A stretch of DNA of 64,000 nt from Felis catus (lineage: Eukaryota): positions 163,186,001 through 163,250,000 of the forward strand of contig NC_058368.1 in assembly GCF_018350175.1 (NCBI RefSeq). The letters run 5' to 3'. Position 1 is the first letter of the stretch; the number at the start of each line of letters is the position of its first letter. Positions 1-12,505 of the stretch are shown one piece after another. A program made the position numbers and the translations under genes. The notes beneath the pieces were generated by a model that did not search any database, had not been told where the DNA came from, and saw nothing but the letters and a program-made list of their open reading frames with translations.

Positions 1-1046
1 CATTTAGCTCAAAGAAACGATAGATACTCTATCGTTGGCAACTTTTCAGTTTAAAATCATAGGCACAAGAAGCATGGTTAGCACCATTCTAATTACTGTA
101 TGAAGAAAGCAAGTAAATGGCCTAAGAAAGTCAGCTTTAGACTTGATATTAAATGGCTGAGTCCCACCATCCATGAATTCCTGATTTTGTAGACATTTCC
201 TAAGTTCCTGTATTGTACAATACATGGTGATAGGTGCTTAAAAAGACAAATATACAATATATTCCTTGTCCTCAAGAGGCTTCCAGTCTAAATTAGAGAA
301 TAATATTTTTACTTCCTATTTTTATATGAACATCGAATATATCCTAATACTACATACAGCAAGTAGAATGATATCAAGAATACATTATTGAAGGCCCTTT
401 AAGATAATTAATTTGGTGAATCTACTTAATAGGTTGAAATAAAAAGTTTACCTAAGCCACTGTTTTCTGAAGTGAAATTTCAAATGTTATTTCACCAAAT
501 GGGAGGCATTCTTTGTAATAAAATAAATTCTGTATTTTTAGAATGAAAACTCAGAAAAAGTATCCATGCATATATGATATGGTAATCAAATGTTAAAAGC
601 TATAGAAAGTTCAATTCTAATTCAGCTCTCTTTAGTCAAGTCAATTTATGGTGCCCATATATGTTTTTTTCTCAGCTCTTTGAGAAAGGAAATTATAATG
701 GCTAGAAAAAGTACAGAGATTGAATGTAATATTTTTAATAAATTGAAACTTGAACACTTAAAGGCCTATGGGCCCTGGATTGACTCTGGAAATTTGACTG
801 AAACAGTTACAAGATTCTCAGAGGTTGTGTGTTTTTGTTTGTTTTGTTTTTGTTTTTCCTATTTTAAAAGAATTTAGCTTGGCACAAAGGATGGGCAAGA
901 ATTCCGTCTGGAAAAGATTGACCAGGCTGTGTTGTATTTGGTGCAACATCAGTGACATCTCTGGTTCTTGTCAGTGAGGCAAGCCACCTTGAAGGGCATC
1001 CTGAGGGAGATGAAGTTAACTTTACACTTGGCCTTTTTGCTTAGCA

Positions 1047-1048
<2 letters not shown>

Positions 1049-1087
<39 letters not shown>
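1049..1087. repeat. Pure poly(T) run, T39
   Basis: Uninterrupted T run; explains the poly-Phe in ORF 968..1180. Confidence 0.95.
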
Positions 1088-1089
<2 letters not shown>

Positions 1090-1544
1090 CATTTTGAGAT
1101 TAAAGATCCTGTCACTGCTCTGGAAACTGTGCGGTTTGGTAAATAGTCATGAGTCTTCAGCCAGGAAGCTTCTTATGTAAGAACTTTATTTACCCCTTTT
1201 AACTCCTTTAACTAGTAAAAGCTAATTGTTAAAACTACACACACATAGCTTTACAAAAAAAGTCTCTGAATAAAGTTGTTGGTATTATGTTCTCTCAAGT
1301 CTCCTTGGAGGAGTTTTGGTCATCTTTATCTCCTGTCATTTACTGTACTTGTGTAGAGAATAAGACCTTCATTTTACCCAGGGTTGAACAGCTAGTTAGT
1401 GGCGGCAAGAGTAGATCTATAATTCATATTGCTTGAGTAATAGTTCTGTGGCTTTCTTTCTTTCTTTCTTCCTTCCTTTCTTAACCCTGGGTGGTCTTTT
1501 ATCATCTAGGGTATATTAACAATCTCATGTTTGTAAATTGTATA

Positions 1545-1735
1545 TGGTTAAAACTTTTGGATTTGGGTTCTCGTGGGCCTGGGTTTGAATCCTGCCCTGC
1601 CATTTAGTAGTCATGTAATAATGGGTAAGTTACTTAACCTCCCAAGTCCTCAGTTTCCTCATCTCCAAAACGGGGATAATGGAAGTACCTGGCTCAAAGG
1701 ACTGTTATTAGGATGAAATGCGCTTAGCACATTGC
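1545..1735 (+). mobile_element. MIR SINE fragment
   Basis: MIR core: CCTGGGTTTGAATCCTG...GGGTAAGTTACTTAACCTC...CCTCAGTTTCCTCATCT...GGGGATAAT. Confidence 0.85.
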
Positions 1736-1934
1736 CTTTATTTAGTACAAAACCTACTTCTCTACTAAAGTAGTTATTTTAGTTTCTTGGGGCAGGGGAT
1801 GATGTTTCAAAATTTAAAAATAAATAAAATTAAATTGTTGTTTAACATTTAAAAAATAAAAGCAAAAACAAAACTATACGTCACCCCCTTCCCCAATATT
1901 TTGAATTGGTCATTCTTCAGCTAATGTTTGTTTA

Positions 1935-2350
1935 TTTAGTCAGCAATGTTTATTGAGCTCCTACTGTGTGTTGGACTTTTTCCTAGGCACTGGCATACAG
2001 TGGCATAGAAGATAGTCGTAGTCACTCTTTTATGACCTTAAGAGTCTGGGGAGGGATCTGGACTTGTAAACAGAAAATTATAATCTCATGTGATTCGTGC
2101 CATGATAGGGGTAATGCAGAGAACCACAGGAGATGGGATGGTGGGGGCCTGGTGAGAGAGTGTCCTCCAGTGCATCACCTCATTGTACCTGGGGCTGGTG
2201 GTGGGTAGGGAAAGCTTACTGTGAATACACTAAAACCTGAAGAATTAATGATAATTAGCAACTGCAGAAGTTGGGGATTGAGGAATGTCCCAGACCAAGG
2301 GGAACAAACAGAGCATGATGCGTTAGAATGGAAGTCAGGTAGATAATGTA
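1935..2350 (-). mobile_element. L2 LINE 3' fragment
   Basis: Reverse L2 3' end signature: TTTAGTCAGCAATGTTTATTGAGCTCCTACTGTGTG...CTAGGCACTG. Confidence 0.7.
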
Positions 2351-2492
2351 AAAGAATAAATGAATGAGAGTGGGAAGGAGAGGTGTGGCACCTGCAGAAC
2401 CCAGGCTTTGTTCAAAAGAAACAGTGATACTCAACTCCAGCCAAGTGTTGTCAGGTTGGGATGCAGGCCTTGTATGGCCAGATGCCCTGGTT

Positions 2493-2532
2493 GTTGTTGT
2501 TGTTTTTAAAAAAATTGTTTTTAGTGTTTACT

Positions 2533-2589
<57 letters not shown>

Positions 2590-2759
2590 AAGCATGAGCA
2601 GAGGAGGGGCAGAGAGAGAAGGAGACACAGAATCTGAAGCAGACTCCAGGCTCTGAGCTGTCAGCACAGAGCCCGATGCGGGGCTCAAACTCACATATTG
2701 TGAGATCATGTCCTGAGCCAAAGTCGGACACTTAACCAACTGAGCCACCCAGGAGTCCC
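2493..2759 (-). mobile_element. Can-SINE (SINEC_Fc type) with expanded (AG)n
   Basis: Reverse of tRNA-Lys-like head (...CTGAGCCACCCAGGAGTCCC), (AG)n at about 2536-2587, degenerate TSD AGA(T/G)GCCCTGG. Confidence 0.95.
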
Positions 2760-3070
2760 AGAGGCCCTGGATTTTTAAGAAGAGCTGACTGTCTAGTGTA
2801 AGAGATTTGGGTACTCTAAGCTCAGGGTCCCCCTTCTGCAATGCAATCATTAGGTATCACTTGCCCTGTTTGCATCATACTTGGGAACTGGGTTTCAAAG
2901 AGCTGGCACAACTGTATTAATACCCTTGCTATTGCTGTTTCCGTGAGTAGTGTGGTCCTTTGTCTCATACTTAGCAATCTCCTGTCTTCTCCCAGCGTCT
3001 CTAAAGCTGTGACATGCTTATTTGTTAGCTTGCCAATTGGGTAAAATCTAAGATCCTTTACAGTTCTTTA

Positions 3071-3252
3071 AAGCCACTAGCTACATTGCTTAAATTTAAA
3101 TTTTAGTTAATTAAAAAAAAATGTTAATTTCTCTATCACACTGGCCACATTTTAAGTGTTTAATAGCCACATGTGGCTAGTGGCTACTGTTGTAGGAAGA
3201 GCAGATACAGAACATTTCCATCACTGCAGGAAGTTCTACCAGGGATTGCTGG
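3071..3252. mobile_element. MER3-like hAT-Charlie MITE
   Basis: AGCCACTAGCTACAT...AATAGCCACATGTGGCTAGTGGCTACT...AGAACATTTCCATCACTGCAGGAAGTTCTA matches remembered MER3 consensus. Confidence 0.8.
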
Positions 3253-5231
3253 TTTAAAGCTTCAGATTTTTTTGTGTGTTCTTGGGTGAGTTGAGATGAG
3301 TTGTTGATTTCGACAGCCTAAAAATGATAACTTGTTTTCATGTTAGGCTCATAGGAGTTCCTTTATACAAAGGAAATATTTCAGTTTGAATAATCAATAT
3401 AGTATTTGGTTCAGGCCTCTTGGGAAAATAAAAGCAGAAAATTACCTAAAGTGTCAGTTTGGAGACTGGACAGACGAGGGCCATGTGGCAACAGAAATTC
3501 TCCATGTATATGGCATTCCTCAGTATCATGTGGAGATAGGATCTGTGCCCAAAGGAGCTTGAACTTCTGCACACTGTCTTCAGTTTCATCTACTAGGCAT
3601 GTTTACTGTGAAAGGATAAGAGGTGCGCATTCGCAAGGAGGTTCTGGAACACTGCCAGTCCACCAGCACCCAGGCTGCTCCTTCTGCCCTCCAGCTGTGC
3701 CATCTGAATTCATATAGAGGATGGAGGAAAGGAACAAGATTCCCAGTGGCTCTGATTCAGGGAGTTTAAAGGGACAGCCTGGAGGACAGAGCAAACTAGA
3801 TTCAAACAGGAGAAAAAAAAAGTAGTACTTTACAGCACAACTTTCAGTGACACCGCGTGGGTGGGAGAAAATGCCAGGAAATGATAAAAACAGCAGATCC
3901 CCTCTCTGTCGGGGCGGGGGGGGGGGATGTGGCAGGAGGGCAGTTCATTTTGAGGAGGTCATGGACCACAAGTCCCGGGAAGGAGAAGCACAACATTATT
4001 TCTATCATTCTTTCTGTCATTCTGTAGGCCCAGGCAACAGCAGTGGCGGCCTCAGAGGACAGTTTTTTACCTGCATTGACTGTGAAATTGACTGCAGTCA
4101 TGTAGGTACAGCATAAGCAAAACAAAGGACAGTGGTTGAAATTTAAAAAAAATGGAGGCGGAGGCCCTTAGGGAAGAATCATATTACCCACCTGCTATTT
4201 CCCTGGCTAGAAATGCCCTATAAAAAATTTCAGATTTGGGGAATTTCATTTACGTGTGGCAGAAGAAATTTGCTTGTACATATTTCTAGTGTAATAAAAT
4301 GGTTCGTACGTGAAGACAAATCCAAAGTTTTAAAAATTTGAGTTTTAGAATATTTTAAAAATTGCATTTATTGTTCACAAGTTCTTACATGCATAACCCA
4401 GAGTACGCTATGGCTGTCTTTTAGAACTCTTTCACAGAAGACTTTTATAAAAGAGACAGGTTAATTTTGAAGTCGCAAGATGATTGGATGATTGTTTGCA
4501 TGTAACTAACTGGAGGGCTTCTGTGTTAAAGAAAATTTGTATAAGCTACACATAGAGCTCTTGTTTACCCTGCTAAATGCATAGACAAGCCCTTATTTTC
4601 ACAGATACTCTTCAGGTTTTAATAGATTTGGGGAAAGCTGGATCATGTGCTGTTAGGGTTTGTACCAATGTAGAGTCCCCTGCATAAATTTCTCAATTAG
4701 TGAGCTTTTACTCCATTTTGTGTTTCAGTGTTACTTTGCTCCATGTCTTTTTGTGTGTGTGTGAATTTTGAAATCTTAGTTCTGGAGGGGTGGAAAAGGT
4801 TTGTGATCTTCCCTGTATTCTTCCCGCCCCTCCCAGCCTAAATCTCACACCGTCAGTTTTTTAGCATGCTTTCGTTTTTCCCTTTCTGTTTTGTTTGCCA
4901 CAGTTTTGTTAGCACACTTCAGGCTTGCATTTCCTTGTGTCTCCTTTCTCTTCATATCAACAGCATGAAATTGGAAGTAATCATTGTCTGTTGTATTTCT
5001 GAAGATCAGAATTCTCAGCAGTTTCATGCTGTCCTTTCGCAGGCAGGGTGTGGTAAATCATCTTTGTAAAACTGGAGTATGTGGTTGAAACTGTTGTGCC
5101 CTTCTCAGAAACAAACCCAGGAGACTTGGCTGTTGATTGCATGAGTCACTGATGGGCTCAAATGAAAGGAGATGGTACTAGGTTGCTTTGCATTCACGTC
5201 CACGTTACCTCTTATTTTAAAAGAAGCCTGA

Positions 5232-5446
5232 GGGGTGCCTGGGTGGCTCGGTCGGTTAAGCATCCGACTTCAGCTCAGGTCATGATCTCACGGTCCGTGG
5301 GTTCGAGCCCCGTGTCGGGCTCTGTGCTGACAGCTCAGAGCCTGGAGCCTGTTTCAGATTCTGTGTCTCCCTCTCTCTGTGACCCTCCCCCATTCATGCT
5401 GTGCCTCTCCCTGTCTCAAAAATAAACGTTAAAAAAAAAAAATTAG
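5232..5446 (+). mobile_element. Can-SINE (SINEC_Fc type)
   Basis: GGGGTGCCTGGGTGGCTCGGTCGGTTAAG head, B box GGTTCGAGCCC, CT-rich region, A tail; TSD AAGAAGCCTGA at 5221-5231 and 5447-5457. Confidence 0.97.
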
Positions 5447-6221
5447 AAGAAGCCTGAAATAAAGAAAAACCAGCAAGTTCTCCCTTTTCCCTCAGAATTT
5501 AGAATTACATGGATTCAGCATTAGGTGATAAAAACAACAACAGTTGAGGGTTACAAATCAGGCTTTGTCCTTTAACCCCTGATTTCCTGTGGTGTTCAAA
5601 AATTTTCAGTGTGTACATTTCCTCAAGTCATACATGAGTGGCTTTAATCAGTAGCAAAGTGGGTTCTTTCTATTATATGCCATTTCCTCCATGGACCTTG
5701 CCTCACTTAGCTATTGCTCTATGCCTAATTGACCACAGTGAAATGTCTTTAAAACATTTTCCGGGGACTGAGGACTTTTTTGAGAATTTTTATAAGAGCA
5801 AATGCCAAGAAGGAAAGTTTGAATAGTTTCTTTGCAGAGACAATTGTTTCCAGAGAGACTGATGAGTCAAGGAGTCCTTAATAGGATATGTAGATGTAAC
5901 CTTTCACCTAGTTACTGTCATTACCTAAGTCATAACTATGTAGTTTTAGCAAATTGTTTGGACTGGTTCTTGTCTAGTTCTTAATGTAACAAACTCCCTT
6001 CGTCCCATTGTTTTCCAGTCTGTAGTCAGTGTTGTTTCAAAGTTTGTATTGCCCTCGGCTTCCCCTTGCTCCTCCTGTTTTAGTGCCAGCTTGTTATCAT
6101 ATTATATGTTTTCACTAGTATCTTTGTCTTCAGCTCTTCTTCAGTGTTTGTGGAAAGTTTTTACATATGTATTTGATACTGGCTTCTAGCTCTTTGGTTC
6201 CTACCAAGGGGCCTTCTTTCA

Positions 6222-6600
6222 CTTATTCAACAAATATTTATTCGGTGCCAGTCATGTACTAGGCACTGTTCTTGACCCTAGAGATTCGATAGGGAGCAAA
6301 TTATTCATGATCTGTGCTGTCATGGAGTGAAGAGTCCAAGATGAAGACAATCATTAATTTAAAAATACCCACAGCAACAAAAATTACATGAATGTACAGA
6401 GTTAAATGCTCTGAATAGAACAATAAGGTGTTATGGGCTTGTGTAACAGGAACCCGAGTAAGTAACACTCGATTAATACCTGAAAAATGAGGTGGAGAAT
6501 TTGAGAGAGGGTGGGGAGAAGAATGGTCCTGACAGCAGACAGAAGTTTGTGCAAAGGCCCTGTGAAGGTGGTTGTTCATGGGGAGGAGATGGATGGCTGC
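6222..6600 (-). mobile_element. L2 LINE 3' fragment
   Basis: ATTCAACAAATATTTATT...GTACTAGGCACTGTTCT; GTTTGTGCAAAGGCCCTGTG. Confidence 0.7.
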
Positions 6601-6721
6601 TGCATTCCAAGTAGAAATGACCATGTGCATTACACCTGTTTGTATGCTGTGGAGTGGTGGTAAAGATGGATTAAAAAGTGTTTTAGAGGATAACATCAGC
6701 CGTATTTGGGAATAAGATTCT

Positions 6722-7155
6722 TTCATTCAGTCAGCAAATATTTATGAGTCCCTGCTTTATGCCAAGATTTGTGCCAGGCTCTGGAGATACAGCTGTGAAT
6801 AAGACAAGCAAGATCCCTGTACTTGTGGAGTTTATGTACTGACGAGAGTAATGGCTAGTCAATAATTTAAAAATAAATATAATTTGAGGTAATAACAAGT
6901 CTTATAAAGACAAATGAAGCCATGTAAGGGAATGGAGAATGACAAGGGGAGAGTCTTCTTGTAAAGAGTAGTCAAGAACGATCTTTCTGAAGAGGTGGGT
7001 CTTTTGAACAAAGACCCAAATAAAGTGCGGGAGCTAACCATGCAAAAATCCTCTACCAAGCGGAGGGAGCAGCTAGTACAAGGTCTTGAGGCTGAAACAA
7101 GAACCCCCCCACACACTCAAAAAAAAACCAAGAAGGCCAGTTTGTCTAGAAATAT
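6722..7155 (-). mobile_element. L2a LINE 3' fragment
   Basis: TTCATTCAGTCAGCAAATATTTATGAGTCC...CTGGAGATACAGCTGTGAATAAGACA...CCCTGTACTTGTGGAGTTTA. Confidence 0.8.
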
Positions 7156-7809
7156 GTAAGCTCTCAAGGATGTCTTGCTCGAAGCTGAAACTTCGAGCAT
7201 CTAGAGAGATTCATTATACTCTGTGTAGTCATGACCACTCTTTCAAAGCCACACGCTGTACCAGTCACAATCCCACTTTGCTCTGCCATTAAACTGTTGT
7301 TAACACTGCTACTGGGACAGTTTCCTTTATCACATCACACACCCGCTGAAAGTCAGGCATTGGTAACTGCTTGTCCATCATGTCAATGATAACCCTTTGA
7401 TCGGCTCAATGGAAGGACCCCTTTTTTAAAATTTTAACCCCATTTTCCATTATATCCTTCTCTGGACTTCTCCATTTAGTCATTTGAAGGGCCCGAAGTT
7501 TGTTTCGGCCTTACCCATAATTTGTTATCTTTCTCCTTGATGTTACATTTATTCACTATGGTGCCTCTTTCCTTTTTGTTAGTCTGTTTCCAGCTCTTCC
7601 TTCAAGGCCAGGTTCGTAAGTTACCAGTTACTTTTTCTACCAGTTTCTTCTAAATTACCCATTTTATTTGGATCACTGAGCACCTCAGCCTAGTCAGTCT
7701 GTAGGATACTATTTTTTTCCTTTGTTCCTTGAGTCATTGGAAGAGGCACCACTTTAAAGTGCTACTGTTGTTTCAAGTTAAAATATTTATGATTCTATTC
7801 TTCCTAGAA

Positions 7810-7985
7810 AAGACTGGGCACCAATACTAGCTCTGCCATATGCATATGCGACTTTGACCAACGCATGCAACCCTTTGAGGTTCAGGTTCCTTGTCAGTAA
7901 GATGAAGATGATAATCCTCCCCTATTTCATTCACAGTGTGGTTGTGAGAAGTAAATGAAGTAAAACACAGGAAACATGTTTTAAA
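7810..7985 (+). mobile_element. MIR fragment
   Basis: CTAGCTCTGCCA...GACTTTG...CAGGTTCCTTGTCAGTAAGATGAAGATGATAAT...GTGGTTGTGAGAAGTAAATGA. Confidence 0.65.
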
Positions 7986-8020
7986 CAAATGTAAGTCATT
8001 ATTTTAAATACTGTAGTTGG

Positions 8021-8238
8021 GGGGCGCCTGGGTGGCTCAGTCGGCTAAGTGGCCGACTTCAGCTCAGGTCACAATCTCGCGGTCCGTGAGTTCGAGCCCC
8101 GCGTCAGGCTCTGGGCTGATGGCTCAGAGCCTGCAGCCTGCTTCTGATTCTGTGTCTCCCTCTCTCTCTGCCCCTCCCCCGTTCATGCTCTGTCTCTCTC
8201 TGTCTCAAAAATAAATAAAACGTTAAAAAAAATTAAAA
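8021..8238 (+). mobile_element. Can-SINE (young SINEC_Fc type)
   Basis: CpG-rich head GGGGCGCCTGGGTGGCTCAGTCGG; TSD TAAATACTGTAG at 8005-8016 and 8239-8250. Confidence 0.97.
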
Positions 8239-8396
8239 TAAATACTGTAGATGGGCATATTTCATTTCCTCATCTAAATTGCCAGTTTTTCACACCAATT
8301 CCTAGTGTGGAATCTCGTGTGCTGCCGGAATTCTTTGAGGCTTCTTGAGCTTCTAGCCTCACTACGCAAGCTTGGGACATGCAAGTCCATGTCCTG

Positions 8397-8815
8397 TGTA
8401 ATAGTTTCCTGGGGCTGCTATAACAAAACACCAGAAACTGGGTGGCTTAGCACAACAGAAACATATTGTCTCATGGTTCTGGAGGCTCTGAGCTTAGTGT
8501 ATGGTCAGGGTGGGTTCCCTCTGAGGGCTGTGAGGGGGCATCTCTTCCATTCCTCTCTCTTAGTTTCCAGGAGCCCCTGGCATTCCTTTGCCTGCAGATG
8601 CAATTCTCTTGGTGTCTTCACATCACCATTCCTCTGTGTCACTGTGTCCAAGTTTCCCCTTTGTATAAGGACACAGTCATTGGATTACAGCCCACCCTAA
8701 TGTCCTCATCTTAACTTGATCACTTGCAAAGATCCTATTTCCAAATAAGATGACATTCACAGATACTGGAATAAGACTTTAACATCTTTTTTAGGGGATG
8801 TGATTCAACTCACAT
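8397..8815 (-). mobile_element. MaLR solo LTR, MLT1B/C-like
   Basis: TGTAATAGTTTCCTGGGGCTGCTATAACAAAACACCAGAAACTGGGTGGCTTA...GCAAAGATCCTATTTCCAAATAAG matches reverse MLT1 consensus; source of ORFs 8305 and 8466. Confidence 0.88.
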
Positions 8816-10729
8816 CTGCATGATTCAATACACATTAAGAAATGGTAACCACAAATATCATGAATTAGTTGTGTAGTATTAGAATGATTGATAGAGGTGA
8901 TGGGTTAGGTATGTAAGAGCTAATCTTCTGTATGACATAGGGCAAAATAAATGAAATACCTGGTCAAAGTTCCATGTGAAATTCTGAACGTACGTATATA
9001 CTCATTTAAGAATTCTGCAAGTCCTGTTAATTTCCAGTTGGTATAAATTAGAATAGAGAGGGACAACCATACTTTTCTTTTAATAGTACATTCAGATATT
9101 GTACTGATGTGAATGGAAACAAATAAGTAATTCTTCTACTTATTCATATAATCTTTATGTAGACTCTTGTGTGTGAAAAGTTTTATTGCTTCAATTGCTT
9201 CTTTGGCCTAAGCATGCTTCCTTTGACTCTTTGGAAGGCCACATGTGGTCCTGTGACACAGACTAACCACTCTCCACTAAACGTCTGGAAGGATCTGTGG
9301 TTTTTATGTTATTAGATGGCTCAGCCTCGGTTGATTAAAAACTCACTCTTCTCTTAGGCTTAAAAATCTCATATATTTGTTTTTATCATCAGTTTCTTTT
9401 TTGTTTGCTTTTATTTATTTATTTATTTATTTATTTTTGATACACAGGGAAGAGTTTAATACGATTCTATCTGTTGATGTTGGAGAATGCTTAAGTGCTT
9501 CTCTTGCAAGAGTTTTTATCATATTTGGCATTAAGGTGTTCCATTTTTCGTGTTACTCTTCAGACGGCCTCTTCTTCTAGTGTTCAGGGCAGCCTTTGTT
9601 ACAGGGGCCCTGAGGAAAGGTACCTGCAGCTGGTGTGGTGGTATTTTCCTGTGTACCTGGCCGACCTGTTTAAAAGTCTGACCATTTTTTATTTTCTAAT
9701 AGTCTAGCATGTAGATCACATCTGAGAAGCCTATGGTAGGAAGCCATTCAGATTTAGTGAATAGAAATTGAATACTTGACCTTTACCACAAAAGTGGCTA
9801 TTTTTGGTCAATCAGAACTTTTTTAGCATAGCTCTTATATTCCAAATAATTATGTGATAGAGAAAGGTTTTAATTGTTGCACTTTAATTAATTTGTTTCA
9901 CTGTTATTGCTATGTTGAGATTTTTGCTAAAGGAAAAACAGCCATGGATTATTTCTGCTTATACTTTTTTGTAAAAATTTTTTAAAGAAAAAGGCAAGCA
10001 GTGAATTTCAGATTTCACTGTTACTGTAGAAATAAATTTCCTCTTGGTATGCAATCAAGTAGATGTCATCAGGAGAAAAAAATGTTTTGATCGTTATTTT
10101 CCAAATCTACTAGAACATCTTTCTGAAACTAGAAAAAAATTGAAAAATCATATGAGAAGGATAAAGTCATCACAGGATATTAAATTTATTGCTACCTTAG
10201 TCTTCACTATCTGCAAAATTTGATTTTTCCTTGTTCTTAAGCAAAGTTTTTGACATATATTTTACTTTCTAAACATAAACACCAGAGGGTCAAAACAGTG
10301 ACTGAAGTGATAACATCAACCAAAAATATGTTGAAGAGAGAACATGTTAGATAGAAAATTTCATGGGTTGAGGAGTGAGACATGTGGGGAAAACATTTGA
10401 AAGAAGTATATTTGTTCCTGGAGTCAGGAAAGATCTTGATTCTGGTCATTTAAATTTTTTTTTGCTATTTTTGTTTTGGCAGTTTTTCATTGTTCCACTT
10501 TAAATGTGTATATTCTTTCTCCTGAAAACATGAGCTTTAAGCTATACTTGGGACTATTTGGTGTTTCATGTAATCTCAGCATCTAGTAGAGATATTTGAC
10601 CCAAGGAGTGCTTAATCACTAGGTTCTGGGGCAGTCATTCCAGAGCATCATCAACTTCATTGATACTGGTTGTCTCATTGAGTAAATTCTCTATACTTGA
10701 AAAATACAGTTTTTGTTTGTTTGTTTTGA

Positions 10730-10866
10730 GGTAGTGAAAAGGATGGACTTGAGAGTTAAAATGCCTTATGTTCAGACTCTAGGTCTGACTTTTACCAGTT
10801 TGTGACTTCAGACAAATGACTTATTTTCTCTATGCCTCAGTTTCCTAATCTCTGAAATGAAATAAT

Positions 10867-10897
<31 letters not shown>

Positions 10898-10905
10898 CAA
10901 CAATG
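10730..10905 (+). mobile_element. MIR fragment ending in (TAA)n/(CAA)n microsatellite
   Basis: TGTGACTTCAGACAAATGACTTA...TGCCTCAGTTTCCTAATCTCTGAAATGAAATAAT then (TAA)n. Confidence 0.75.
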
Positions 10906-10915
10906 ACTCCTCACA

Positions 10916-11128
10916 GGGTGCCTGGGTGGTTCAGTCAGTTAAGCATCTGACTCTTGATTTTGGCTCAGGTTATGATCTCACGGCTGTGAGATTGAGTGCT
11001 AAATCAGACTTTACCCTGAGTACTGAGCCTACTTGGGATTCTCTGTTTGCCTGTCTCTCTCTGTGCCCTTCTCCCACTCATGCTCTCTCTCACTCTCTCA
11101 AAATAAACAAGTAAACTTAAAAAAATAA
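10916..11128 (+). mobile_element. Can-SINE, older subtype
   Basis: GGGTGCCTGGGTGGTTCAGTCAGTTAAGCATCTGACTCTTGATTTTGGCTCAGG, CT tract, A tail. Confidence 0.92.
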
Positions 11129-11129
11129 T

Positions 11130-11360
11130 AATTCACCAGTAGCCCTTGTGATACTGGTTATATGCCAGGCCTTGTTCTAAACACGTCACATATTTTTAAC
11201 ACATTTAAGTCTCACAGCAACTTTGTGCCATAGGTAGTTATTACTCCAGTTACAAATAAGGAAAATCAGCCACTCATAGGTCAACGTAATTTACCCAAGG
11301 TCACATTGATATTAAGTGGTGTGGCCACTATTTGAATCCAGGGATTCTGGCTTGGGGGCC
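11130..11360 (-). mobile_element. MIR fragment
   Basis: TATGCCAGGCCTTGTTCTAA...TTACAAATAAGGAAA...TAATTTACCCAAGGTCACA...TTTGAATCCAGG. Confidence 0.8.
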
Positions 11361-11796
11361 TATGCCACCCTGGAACAGAGGAGACGCTCATGTAATGCAC
11401 TTAGCCCGGAGTCATGCACTTATGAGCACTTGAACTACCGCTCCTTTTCACCATTACTGCTATTACAATAACTACTACTACTGTTTATATTGCCCACTCT
11501 GATTCATACCTAACTATATTTTAATAATAATCATTTTCCCAAACACTCTCTATAGACTCTGAAAAAATGACTTTACTAGTCTCTCTTATTGTTTCCCCCT
11601 TTTTAGTTATTTTCAAGGCATTGATTCCTAAAGGAGTTTTTGAACGTAATATTTTAGCATGTCCATATAATAAAAGTATTTTGTACAGTGGAGCCATTTA
11701 TAGGTCGTAGCTATACAAAAAAAAAAAAAAATCCACAAGGTGTTGGTTAAGCTTTTGGGAGTTATAAATTCTTGACAGCCATTTTATTAAAAAATT

Positions 11797-12007
11797 AAAA
11801 AAAAATTTAATGTTTATTTATTTTTGAGAGAGAGAGAGAAAGACAGCATGAACAGGGGATGGGCAGAGAGAGAAGAGAAGGAGACACAGAATCAGAAGCA
11901 GGTTCTAGGCTCTGAACTGTCAGCACAGAGCCCACCCAATGCAGGGCTCGAACTCATGAGCCGTGAGATCATGACCTGAGAAGTCTGACTGAACCACCCA
12001 GACACCC
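11797..12007 (-). mobile_element. Can-SINE inserted into tail of neighbouring SINE
   Basis: Reverse SINE body; flanked by ATTAAAAAATT (11786-11796) and ATAAAAAAATT (12008-12018). Confidence 0.9.
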
Positions 12008-12223
12008 ATAAAAAAATTTTTTTTAATGTTTATTTATTTTTGAGAGAGAGAGAGAGCAAGCAAGTAGGGGAGGGACAGAGAGAGACAGGGAGACATAGAA
12101 TCCTAAGTGGGCTCCAGGCTCTGAGCTGTCAGCACAGAACCTGACGCAAGGCTTGAACTCACAAACTGCGAGATCATGACCTGAGCTGAAGTCAGACACC
12201 CAACCGAGCCACCCAGGTGCCCC
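12008..12223 (-). mobile_element. Can-SINE
   Basis: Reverse head ends GAGCCACCCAGGTGCCCC; outer TSD TTGA(C/T)AGCCATTTTA at 11772-11786 and 12225-12239. Confidence 0.95.
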
Positions 12224-12436
12224 ATTGATAGCCATTTTAGTGTCTCTTCAAAGAAGTTAAGCCCTGTCACAGTTTAAAACCTTTATATTTCAGTATATTT
12301 TATACTTGATTCTGGGGCGGGGGGGGGGGTGGGGGGAGGGTGGGCAGTAAGATGTGAGGGTAGTTGGGAACTAAATGTCCTAATAACCTTTTTTTCCCAT
12401 TGCTAAAAATTATAATTCTGATAATCATTTAGGATG

Positions 12437-12437
<1 letters not shown>

Positions 12438-12505
<68 letters not shown>

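Noticed and set aside
1049..1087. T39 as a solo poly(A) retro-insertion
   Set aside because: No flanking TSD or attached element; slippage expansion or homopolymer-length error is simpler
2521..2850. Recurrent ORFs with motifs like SPASGSVLTAQSLEPASDSVSPSLSAPP (also 5162, 8017, 37700, 48968, 57845) that look like a protein family
   Set aside because: They are translations of Can-SINE copies; poly-SL tails come from (CT)n
3406..4223. ORF cluster 3406-4125 and a good-context ATG at 4152 (MEAEALREESYYPPAISLARNAL*)
   Set aside because: No recognisable domain, no convincing splice sites, overlapping ORFs on both strands consistent with chance in slightly GC-richer DNA
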